64,000 bases of DNA, from assembly GCF_028641065.1 (NCBI RefSeq), contig NC_073397.1, positions 7,812,001 to 7,876,000 of the forward strand, in the 5' to 3' direction. The stretch is from Leucoraja erinacea. Lineage: Eukaryota. The notes below the pieces were generated by a model. The model was not told where the DNA came from. It saw only the letters and a list, made by a program, of their open reading frames with translations, and did no database searches. Shown one piece after another: positions 51,447-62,810 of this stretch. How positions within the stretch are numbered: the first letter of the stretch is position 1; every line of letters begins with the position of its first letter. The position numbers and the translations under genes were made by a program.

Positions 51447-51510
51447 CTGTTAGTAGACAGAGAGGGAGCAGGAGCCTGAAGATTAAGCCGCAGCCGAGGT
51501 GAGCAGCCAT
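51447..51510 (-). CDS. PIEZO2-like: PIEZO-family mechanosensitive channel (PIEZO2-like, possibly piezo3), coding exon 1
   Basis: ATG in strong context (GCGATGG). Translates MAAHLGCGLIFRLLLPLCLLT, compared with PIEZO2 MASEVVCGLIFRLLLPICLAV. 64 nt, the known PIEZO exon-1 coding length. Donor GTGAGT at 51446-51441. Confidence 0.93.
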
Positions 51511-52170
51511 CGCCAGATACGAGACATGTTATGGGAGCAGCGGTGTGTCGGTGGGGTCCGGTTTACAGAGGCTCCACCACAGTCCCGACAACACACGGGA
51601 TCCCGTCCAACAGCCCCGTCCGTCCAGGGTCGAGCTGCCCCCGAGGGCTCGGCGCTTTCACGGGGGGTGCGAGTCAGTTTCAGCCCGTCTGTCTGCTGGC
51701 CCCCAGACCGTGTGAGGAAGCGGAGTCTCTGGTCACCTCTCCAGCAGGGAGCAGGGGCTAATATCTCAGCCGCTGCAATACAACCAGCTGCATTGAACCC
51801 AACGTCTGCAAGGCGAGGAGGTAGCGCTGAGTGAGGAGCACCTAGACCCAATCCCAACTCTTTCAGGACGGGGTGTGACGTTGGTCCGCGGGGTATGTAG
51901 TTCTCCTGGTCCGGTTTTATTGAAACCTCTCCTGAGCTTTCAGAAGCCGGTGACCCTGTGACCGGGAAGACTCCGGCTGTGGGAGGAGGAGGAGGAGGGA
52001 CGGGCTGCAATCACTTCACCTGCGCCTTGAACATCCACTTGCTGCCAAGATTTCAACCGCCGCCTCTCCTCCTGATCAAGAAACCCACATTTATCTCTGA
52101 ACCCAATAACGTGTTTGCCTTTTTGTCCGCTGCAGCTCGGAGCTTTCAAGAACCCGCTTATAGTTCAGCT
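51480..52170 (-). promoter_or_regulatory. GC/CpG-rich 5'UTR and promoter region of the PIEZO gene
   Basis: Repeat-free, CpG-retaining segment immediately upstream of the ATG. TATA-like CTATAAG on the minus strand near 52160. The transcription start cannot be determined from sequence. Confidence 0.55.
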
Positions 52171-52379
52171 GTTTTGGCAGTTTTGATGCGTAGTCACGAT
52201 GATGTGGACAGAAAGATTGTAGAGTAAGCGCAAGTCAAGGCTATGATGGAGGACTCTGGTTAAAATTAAGGGGTCGCCAACACCTTTGTGTTTGGAAGTT
52301 GAGTTCTTAGAATCCACTCAAGGCAGAGTGTGTTGGTTTGTTTGTTGCATGTCCCCGTTATGAAGCAGAACAATGACAT

Positions 52380-52945
52380 TACTTGAATTGAATTGATTGA
52401 ATCATTTATTTGTCATTCAGACCTTTCGGTCTGTACGAAATGTCGTTGCCTGCAGCCATACATGTAATAATAAACAACACACAATAAACACAAATTAACA
52501 TCCACCACAGTGAGTTCACCAAGCACCTCCTCACTATGATGGAGGCAAAAGTCTTAGGGCTGCAGTCTCTTCCCTCCTCTTCTCCCTCTGCACTGAGGCG
52601 ATACCCCACCGGGCGATGGTAAGTCAGTCCCACGGCTCATCGAGCTCCATGGCCCGGGGAGGTCGAAGCTGCCGCCCTCCAGTCCAGCGGATGCAGTTGT
52701 TGCCACGGGAGCTCCAGAAAACAGGCATCAACCTGTGACCCGCGAGCTCCCGACGATGTCATCCACTGGCCCGCGGCCGAGCCCCGGATTCAGGTCGCCG
52801 CCGCCAGAACGCCACCTCAGCCGCCGGAGCACCGTTTCCGCCCCTGCACCGGGTCACCCACACGGGAGCGTCTCTGCCCCGCACCGGGCCGCCCCCACGG
52901 GAGCGCCTTCCAGCCCCGCACCGGGCCGCCCCCACGGGAGCTTTA
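52380..52945 (-). mobile_element. GC-rich non-autonomous retroposon just upstream of the PIEZO promoter
   Basis: (TTCAA)n tail with TGACAAATAAA on the minus strand; CpG-rich body with short tandem repeats of about 40 bp. Confidence 0.6.
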
Positions 52946-55900
52946 CAGGCACATTAGCCACAATTACAACAAGAAATAATCAAACAATTATCATTTACTT
53001 GAAGTAAACTAGACCACGATAGTGCAAAATACAAAACACATAGAGCAGCCATGGTAGTGCAAAGTCCGTAGTGGCTTGGGGCATGAGCTATGACTGTGGT
53101 TGTTGTGCAGGGTGGTTCAATGGTTGATGGCAAGAAGCTGTTCTTGAATCTAGAGGCAATAGTTCTCAAGCTCTTGAACCTTATTCTTGATGGTAGCAAC
53201 CAGAAGAGAATGTGTCCAGCAGGCTGGGTGTGGGGGTATGATGATTATAACAGCTGCCATCTTGAGGGAGCCTTTCTTGTAGTTGGGTTGATGGTGTGGA
53301 GATCCATACATATCAGACCAGACAATGTCCACCACTTTCTGCGGTCTCCTTCATTCACGAGTGTTCAAGTTTTTGAACAAGGTCACGATGCAACCAGTCA
53401 GTAAGCCCTCCACCGCACATTTGTGGATGTCTAACAGAGTATTCGGTAGCATGGGTGAATCTCCTCATGCTTCTGAGCACATCAAGGCATTGGCGAGCTT
53501 CCTTTGTGATGGCATCAATGTGCTGAGCCCAGGACTGGCTATCAGGGATGTACACACAGGAACCCGAGGCTCTTGCCTCCCTCCACTGCCGTCTCCCAAT
53601 GAAGGCCATGCACAGTCTCTCAGGCTTCTCTTCTTTGAGCAAAGTCCAAGCCTCTGTATAAATGGAAGCAATATTTGGCAAGATGCAGGAACGTGCCATA
53701 TTAAATAATCTTTATATCTACCTGCAAGGTTAATGATTAATCGCATTGCAAGAATTCCTTGAAGAAAGATTGATCCTCATCAATTGATCCTCATTGATCC
53801 TATGAAAAAGTTTTTGTTTTGGATTGGAGAGTGATGGACTCAAACATAGAACTACGTCTTAAACTAACAAAAGCAATTATTTAACTATGAGGCTGAAGTA
53901 GATTAGGTTTTATATTAAAAGGTGAAGGGAGATAAATAACAGCAAACATCCACAACTAACCAAAGCAATTAAGAAGTTTGTCAGAAGGAACTGCAGATGC
54001 TGGTTTAAACCGAAGGACACAAAAAACTGGAGTAACTTAGTGGGTCAGATAGTGGGTTCTCTTGAGAAAATAAATAGTCTTTTCTCCAGCGATGCTGTCT
54101 GACCTGCTGTGTTACTCCAAAGCTTTTTGTGTCTATCTCCAATTAAGTTTGGTTGAAAACTGCCACAATACCATCACAGCATTAAAAAAAAAACATTTGG
54201 ACAAGTACATGGATAGGATAGGTTTAGTGGGATATAGGCCAAATGCAGGAAGGTGGTACTAGTGTAGATGGGACATGTTGGTCAGCGTGGGCAAGTTGGG
54301 CTGACGGATCTGTTTCCACGCTGTATCACTCTACGACCCTATAAGAAATAAACCTGAACATTGAGAGAGTTCATCCAAACAGCAAAAGCTGGTAAAATAA
54401 TTGAGCCATGAAGTAATGTGACATGGAAACTGGCCCTTTAGATCATGCTGATCACCAAGCACCCATTTATACCAATCATACACCCATCCTATTTAATTTT
54501 ACACAAACTCCGATCAACTGAATGGATAGGACAAGTTTGGAGGGATATGGACCAAATGCAGACAGGTGGGACTAGTGTAGCTGGGACATATTGGCCGGTG
54601 TGGGCAAGTTGGGCCGAACGGCCTGTTTCCACACTGTATCATTCTATGACTGTATGACTCTAACCCCTATGGGGCAATTCACAACAGCCAATTATCCTAG
54701 CAACCCTCAAGTCTTTGAGATATGGCAGCAAGCCAGTGCAATCTCCACACAGACAGCACCCGAGGTCAAGATTGAACCCGGTTTGCTGGAACTGAGGCTG
54801 CGGCTCTACCACGGCACTCCACTGTTAATAAAGAGGAAGTACATAAAATGAGAATAAACTAATTGCAGAGTTGTGGATGAAGCCCAGTCCGTCACACAAA
54901 CCAGCTACCAGTCCATTAATTCCACCTACACTTCATACTGTTTTGGGAGAGAACCCAACATAATTAAGGACCACTCGGACCCTGGTCATTTTCTCCTCTT
55001 CCTTCTTCCGTTGGGCAGAAGAAACAAAACATTGAAACCAGGCACCACCAGATTCAACAACCTCTTCTCCACTGTTATCAGACGCTTGAACAGACCTCTC
55101 AGAAGCTAATAATGTAATCCCAAACTCCAAATCTGCCTCATTGCAGCCTTACACTTATTCTTTATATTCTCTTTGGCAGCTGCAACACTTTATTACTCTG
55201 TTTCCTTTCACTTTTGGCAATTGCTGCAGTACGTCATGTATGGCAACGATTTGCATGGACAGCACCAAAAACAAAACTTGCCACTGTATCTTGATCAACA
55301 TGACGATAATAAATCAATACCAATATATGAATGTTGTGAATGACTCAAAGGTACGTAATCGCATCTGGATACTCAGTAAAGCTGTCTGTGGCCATGTTGA
55401 ATTGAGGTCCTAGCTAGCCATCGTGTACTGAGGTTAGGAAAGAACATACAGTACAACTTGTGGAGGAAGGAACTGCAGATGCTGGTTTACACAGAAGTTA
55501 GACACAAAATGTTGGGGAGTCTCGGCCCGAAACATTACCCATTCCTTCTATCCAGAGATGCTGCCCGAGTTATTCCAGCATTTTGTGCCTATATTTCAAT
55601 ACCACACGTGGAGCTAACAGATTAACTTTTCATACTACTTCGAACAATGAAAGCACAATAATATGCATGAACATATTGTTGCTGAGTTCCTCTTGTCTTC
55701 TTGGGTCCCCAAGTACAAATTGATGTGAATAATCTGACTGGCTCCAGATGAGAGTGAACTGGCAGCACCCTCGGGATGCGCTGCATAATGTACTTTGGAT
55801 TAACTCTCCTCCTCTCCTGTAACTACATATCTATAAAGGGCAGTCTGCCACAAATCCATTAGTCATCCATTTAACTGCCCTTTTATCTTGGTTTTTATCT

Positions 55901-56534
55901 ATGTTCATCACCTTTCTCTCCAGAGAAAATGTTGAACAATGTGCTCAGAAGCTAGCGATCTTTCCCATTTCCTCCCCTCTTGTGCTGCAGACTTGCAGTT
56001 GCACCTTTGTTCATCCTCATTTCAAACAGCCCGTCCTCTAAATCTGGGGCCTGGAACATGTTTCCTCCCCCTGGAGATGTAATAGTTGCAACGTTACATC
56101 TTAAATTGGTTCACGCCCACAAATACTTAATTTCCAGAAGTCTTTTTGGTGGTCCTCCTTTTCTACATCCAATGGCAAATGTAACAACCCTGTATTTGCA
56201 CTCGTTGGCAATCAGTAGGTCTTGCTCAGGATAGCTTTTGGAATAAAGTATACTTGCATGTGCATTGTTATTCTGTCGAGACTCTTCTTCAGTCTGAAAG
56301 AAGGGTCTTGACCTGAAACGTCATCCATTCCTTCTGTCCAGAGATGCTGCCGGTCCCGCTGAGTTACTCCGGCAGTTTGTGTCCATCTTCATTTTCTTGG
56401 CCCCGCTCTTTTTTTTTCCGGTAATGTTTTTTTATTAGATTTTTAAACAAATGTACAATTTACAAGGGAAGGTAGAAAGCTCAAACAATTTAGAAAACAC
56501 TTAAACAAAATTATCAATTTAAAATATTAACATT

Positions 56535-59500
56535 TTAATCTATAATATATTCAACCTCCTGTGGTGACCAGTGTTCACAGAAGGCCTCCATAGTCCCCGT
56601 GGACACCGCATGTTCCCTCTCCAGGGACACGCGGGCACGGACATAACCCCGGAAAAGGGGCAGGCAGCCGACCGCTGTGCGGCCATCGACTGCCCGCTGC
56701 CTGGACCTGCGAATGGCCATCTTGGCCAGGCCCAGGAGCAGACCGACAGGGAGAGACCCCCTCCTCCCTCCCAACCCTCCCCCCTATGTGCCGGGTGCCC
56801 ATAAATTAATAGCGTTGGATAAAATGTAGCCAAAACATGAGGAGCAGCCCCTTCAGATACTCGAACAGGGGCTGCAACCTCTCACACTCTATGTACACGT
56901 GGAACACGGTCTCTTCCTCACTGCAGAAATGACAAGCAGGGGAAGAGTCCGTGAACCGGCTCAAGTACCTATTACAGGCCACGGCTTTGTGCAACACTCT
57001 CCACCCCAGGTCCCCGATGTAAAGGGGGAGGACTCCCCTGTAGAGAGACCTCCACTGGGGACCGCTCCCCTCGTCAGGTGGTAGCACGGACCGCCAGGGT
57101 GTGTCTGGACGGAAGACGAGGGCGAGGAAGTGGAGAATGTGCAAGAGCAGCCTGAACAGTACGCGCCTCTCCACATCACAGAACGGCACGCTGGGCATCT
57201 CGGAAAGGCGGCTCATGTTGCATGGGGCCGGCTCTCGGGGAGGGACCTGGGCCGTGGGACCTATGAACAATTCCGACTGAGCGGGGGTAAGCTCGTCCGG
57301 AGTCGCGCCATGCACACGCCTCTCCTCAACGACCACCGTCACAGCCACGACACCCCCCTCCCCCTGAGGAGCAGGGCCCTGGCTGAAGGTGACCAAATTC
57401 CTGGCCTTCAGGAGGTCATGGTAAAAACCAGGCAACTCCCACCTAGCGCGTCGACTCATGCCCGCTACCGGGAGCCGTGAGCCCTCCTGAAGGCAGCGCC
57501 CCTGGCGGAAAAAGTACGTCGCCAGCACGTGCCATTTAGGAGGGTAGTCCAAGTAGACGTACCTCCGCAGGGTCCTGAGTCGGAGAGCCGCCACCTGGGT
57601 ACGAACACAGACCAGCGCCTGACCGCCCTCCTCCAACGGGAGACTCAGAACCCCAGCAGAGACCCAGTGGTTCCTCTCACCCCAGAAGAAGTTGGCCAAT
57701 CTCCTCTGTAAGATGGTTATAAAATAAGAGGACGGGACCATAGTGGCCATCCGGTACCACAGCAGAGAGGCCACCAGCTGGTTTATAACTACAGCCCTGC
57801 CCCGGTAAGAGAGCACACCAAGTAGGCCGGACCAACGTCCCAGCCGGGCGACCACTTTCGCCACCAGTTTGCCGGCCACCCCCCCTCCGCGGGACTCAGG
57901 TAGACCCCCAGATAGAGGAGGTGCGTGGTACTCCACGCAAAACCTGCCATCTCCTCCGGCAGGGAGTCCACCTGCCACCCACCCACCAAGAGACCAGAAC
58001 GCTTTCCCCAGTTGATCCTGGCGGGGGAAGCAGCCGAGAAAACCTGCTGGCACTCACGCATCCTCCGCAGGTCAACAGGGTCGATGAACATCAAAATGAC
58101 ATCATCGGCGTAGGCCGAGAGGACCACCTCCATCCCCGGCCCCGGTAAACCCAGGCCTGTCAACCGCCTCCGGAGAAGGCACAGGGAAGGCTCTACACAG
58201 ATGGAATACAGCTGGCCGGACATGGGACATCCCTGACGAACCCCCCTCCCAAAGGGAATGGGGGCCAACAAAGAGCCGTTGACCATAACAAGGCATTCTG
58301 CAGCAGTGTATAAAAGTCGGACCCAGGCCACAAAATGCCGTCCAAATCCGAACGCCTGCAGAGTCCCCAGAAGGTAGTCGTGCTCCACCCTGTCGAACGC
58401 CTCCTGGTCGAGGGAGAGAAAGGTGACTGACTGACCAGCCCCCTGGGTCAGATCCCGGACCAAATGGACATTGTCCTGGATGGACTGGCCCGGGACTGTG
58501 TACAACTGGTCAGGGTGGATCACCTGGGACAGCACGGGGCCCATGCGATTCGCCAATGCCCGGGCAAAAACGTTATAGTCCGTGCTGAGGAGAGAGACCA
58601 GGCGCCAGTTCTTCAAAAGGCGGAGATCGCCCTTCTTGGGCAGCAGGACAACAACTGCCCTGCGCCACGAGAAGGGCATCTCCCCGGTCACCAGGCTCTC
58701 CCCCAGGACCTTCATATAGTCACCCCCCAGGACATCCCAGAAGGCTCTAAGGTATTCCACAGCCAGCCCATCCAGCCCTGGAGACTTGCCCCCCCTGAGC
58801 TGGTGCAGGGCACCAGTCAACTCCTCCAGCGTTAGGGAATCATCCAGGTGTTCAGCCACATCATTGCACACAGCGGGTAAGCCCTCCCACAGGACCTCTT
58901 GCGCCTCCCCACTCGGTGTGCCTGCCGAGAACAGAGTCCTGTAGAAAGACCCAACCGAGGCACCGATGCTCTCTGGATCTGTGACAGAGGAGCCATCATC
59001 CGCAAGCAACTCTACAAGCTGCCTGCGGGCTCCTCGCTCCTTCTCCAGTGAAAAGAAAAAGGAGGATGCGCGGTCCAGATCGTGCAACATCTGGACTCGC
59101 GACCTCACATACGCACCCCGGGACCTCCTAAGCTGCAAGTCCCTCAGTGCTCCCTTCTTCTCCTGGTACTCCTCCCACTCACACAAAGCCCCACCAGTCC
59201 GATCCAGACGAGCCTCCGAGTCGAGCAACTCTCTCTCAAGCCGTCCGATCTTGGAGTCCCGCCCCTTGGTCGACCCCCTCGCGTAGTCCTGGCAAAACAG
59301 ACGGACGTAGGCCTTCCCCACGTCCCACCACTGCCTTAGGGAAATGAAACGCCCCTGCCTCTCTCTCCACCTCGCCCAGAACTGCCTGAATGAATCCCGG
59401 AATCGGCGATCCTCCAACAGCTGGCTATTAAAATGCCAGTACACGGACCCAGCCCGTGTGCGTGTCGGGATAAAATCCACTCGCACCAGGCAATGGTCCG

Positions 59501-60030
59501 AGCGTGGCGCCGGCTGCATGGAGGCCGCCGAAACACAGGAGACATAGGCCTTGGACACGTATAAATGATCAATACGGGAACCACCACCCTCAAACCTGTA
59601 CGAGAAGGCGTTAGAGTCAGAATGGAAATTCCGCCAAGCATCTACCAGCTCAAAAGAGTCCACCATCTCCCTTAAAGTCTTTACTGCAGCCGGGTCACGC
59701 TGAACGCCAGAGCGATCTCTTGCCTCGAGGGTACAATTAAAATCTCTCCCAAGGAAAACACACTCCCCACGGTCGATAGTATTCAACAACGTGGTCACTT
59801 CCCTTGTTAAGCGCATCTGCATTGCGCCGATCTTGGGGGCGTACACATTAATGAAGTGTAATGGCACGCCATCCAAGCGCACGGCCAGATACAGCAAACG
59901 GCCTGGTACAATGTCCTGCACTTTGAGGATCTCTAGCTGGAAAAACGGGGCCAACAGGAAGGCCACTCCACTTGAATTGGAGCTGAGACGACTCATGTAG
60001 ACACCCCCCCCTTCCCACTCCAGGAGCCAG
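56535..60030 (-). pseudogene. Tx1 ORF2 (APE endonuclease, reverse transcriptase, zinc knuckle), frameshifted
   Basis: Motifs SSGVAFLL, NVYAP, DFN, SRID, SDH, KSPGLDG, LDQEAFDRV, GVRQGCPMSG, SAYADD and C..C...ETVFH...C. Split over ORFs 57789-59996, 56806-58053 and 56535-56833. Confidence 0.93.
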
Positions 60031-61176
60031 GTGAATCACCTCACCGTGGCCCTCAGGGGCCGATGTTACTGGAGTCTCCCCTGCTCACTCAACCATGGGG
60101 CATCACACCCCTCAACTGGGCTTGTAGCCTCAACAGGGAGCTCATGTTGGGGACCCACCCCCTCACCCAAGTCCTCCCCTTCAGGCTGCCCCTGGTCATC
60201 CACTAAGCTAGCAGACGCGTTCTCTGGGGGAACAGCCCCCAAGAGTAATATATTGCCACTCCCAGGTGGTCCCTGACCTACAGAGGCATCCTTCCCCTCA
60301 GAGGAAACGTGTCCTGGGTTCTCCACCTCAACAGGAGGGGAAGGCTCCCCTTCAGGTTGCCCCTGACCTCCAGGGCCCTTCTCTGTATCGGAGGACCCAT
60401 GCCTCCTCTTCCAACCACTGGCGTGCGGTGGTACGGTGAGCTCCATTGCAGAAGCCTCTACCTGCGCACTACCATCTATCTCAGAGGCGAGCACAAAATT
60501 ATCTGCTGCCAGGGGTCCTGCTTGGAGGTGATCATCTTCTAGGGGGTCCGCCTGGAGATGTTTCTTCGTTTTCTTGACTTTCCTCCCCCTCTGGCGCTCC
60601 CAACTCTCCTCATCCACCCCACGGACTTCACCGGCATCCACCGCCACAGGTACGGGACATGGAGGTGGTGGGGGGGGATGGGGAGTGGGGGTAGGGGAGT
60701 AAAGCCTTCACGGGCCACGGTGGTAAAACCAGCAGCCCCAGATGGCAGTGCTTTCCCGGGGCCATCGTGGTGGAACTGGTAGGCTGGGTCCCCACCTTTT
60801 TGCAAGCGTGACAACGCACTTGGCCCGCGTTCCAGAACACGTGATAGGAGAAATCATCCACCTCCACCTCAAAACTCCTCTCCGTGTCCGTCCCCTGTGA
60901 CAACTGTATATACACGTGACGCCTGAATGTATATATATGTTGCATCTCAGGATCGTCAAACCTGTACAACAGTTTGGTGAGCCCTGACACACCTCCCCCA
61001 GCTTCCTTACATGTGGGATCAGGATCGCATCCGGAACAAATGTGGGAACATTGGACCGAATGACCGGCAAAACGGGACCCCCCCCCCCCCCCATGGGTCC
61101 ACCGCCACGAAATTCCCGCCTGCTGCTACCCCCCTTTCCAGAGCCAGAGCCACCGCCTGTTCAGTCTTTAGTAGTA

Positions 61177-62810
61177 CAGGTGCACAACCTTTTATCCGAA
61201 AGCCTTGGGACCAGACACTTTTCGTAATTCAGAATTTTTCGGCTTTCGGAATGGAAGATTTTTAGCGTAGTGGTAGAGTGCTCGGCTCATATCCGCAAGG
61301 TCGCGAGTTTGTGCCTCGATCCCGGCAGTTACTCAATCGCGAGTTTGAGTCTTCAATGTAGTTTTTTCTTGCAGAATAGGAGAGAATAGGGAGGGCTAGG
61401 CTGGGATCATTCTCTGCGAGATGATCTTAGTGCGGGAGACAAGTGTAGGAGAGGTGTACTGACTGTGTGGGCAGAACTTTGGAAGTGATTGCCCACCATT
61501 CTCAAAAGCCGCTGTGTCTCCCTGCCCCTCCAACTCCAGAGGAACCCACTCCCCGATGGGCCGCAACGGCGACGTGGCAGTTCGCCCACAGCCCGAGCTG
61601 CGCCCCCTCATCCACAACCCGGGTTCCTCTGGAGTTGGAGCGGGGCTGGGCTAGAGTTGCTGTTGGCTGTGAGTCTCCGGGATCTCCGTGCTTGCAGTCG
61701 GTGTCCCGTTGGTCCTGACGTCTCCGGTCACCCCCCTGGAATGGAGCTGAGACTGGGAACTGTACCGCCCTTGCCCCCTCCCTCTGCAACTGCAAACAAC
61801 CCCACAGTTCCCAGTCTCAGCTCCTGTATAGGGGGGTGGCCGGAGACGTCACAGCCCGAGCTGTGCCCCCTCATCCGCAACCTCAAGACCAAGACGTACT
61901 TTGCACACCATCAGCTTCTGTCCCTACGGGGAGCGTGTTCCTTTGTAGTTGGAGCGGGGCTGGGCTGCTGCTGGCTGTGGGTCTCTGGACGACAGATAGC
62001 ACAATGGGCTAAGAGTTCGGCTGGCGACCGGAGGGTAGCCGGTTCAAATCCCGCTTGGAGTGCATACTGTCGTTGTGTCCTTGGGCAAGACACTTCACCC
62101 ACCTTTGCCTGTAATGGAATGTTACGGCGGCAGGCGCGGGCACACCGCGACGCCCTGTGTCTCCCTTTCAAGGGAGATGCTAAAAAAAATGCATTTCGTT
62201 GTCTCTGTACTGTACACTGACAATGACAATAAATTGAATCATTTCATTTCATCATTTCATTTCATTTCATTTCTGGGATCTCCGTGCTTGCAGTGGGCCT
62301 GGGGGCCGGTGTCCCGTTGGTCCTGACGTCTCCGGTGACTGGCACTGGCTCCGACGTGAAGACAGTGCAAAGCCCCCGCGCCGGTGCAATGGGCGGGGAG
62401 CTGGAGAGGGAAGGGGTCACACATATGGCCGGGAAGCAGAGGGGTGTAGGTGGGGTGAAACTGAAGGGAGCGACAATCTGCTGCTGCCTGCCCGCTGAGT
62501 TAAAAAGTTCCCACGCAAGACTCGCGATACACTGTGTATCGTGAGTTTACCATGGGAACTTTTTTAACTCAACGGGCAGGCAGCAGCAGATTGTCAATTA
62601 TTAACCCTCCCGCGCAATATACCCTCACCTTCTCTTTTATGAATGGGGATTTAGTTCCCCTTTCTTCGAGGACCGACCGGAGGTTCCGCTGTCACCTCTG
62701 CGGGCCGCCCTCGGTGAACGTTTTCAAGGACCTTTTTTCAAGGACCGAAAAAATGTCGCTATTCGGAGCTTTTCGTTATTTGGAACTTCGGATAAAAGGT
62801 TGTGCACCTG
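61177..62810. mobile_element. Tc1/mariner-pogo (Tigger-like) non-autonomous element inserted in Tx1 ORF1
   Basis: 24-bp TIR CAGGTGCACAACCTTTTATCCGAA with TA TSD on both sides. Confidence 0.93.
61989..62271 (+). mobile_element. tRNA-headed SINE with CORE-like body and Rex1-derived tail
   Basis: Box A TAGCACAATGG, box B GGTTCAAATCC, CORE-like GTGTCCTTGGGCAAGACACTT. Tail near-identical to the Rex1 3' end, then (CATTT)n. TSD TCTGG. Confidence 0.85.

Noticed and set aside
51483-52010. 175-aa minus-strand ORF upstream of PIEZO
   Set aside because: Non-ATG start, GC-rich low-complexity sequence, no recognisable domain. Only its final ATG-initiated 14 codons are reported, as a uORF.
52800-52945. 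CRISPR-like or other prokaryotic repeat array
   Set aside because: These are short degenerate tandem repeats without unique spacers, in a clearly vertebrate context.
61263-62060. Functional tRNA genes
   Set aside because: Both tRNA-like segments lack a complete acceptor stem and are embedded in transposons.
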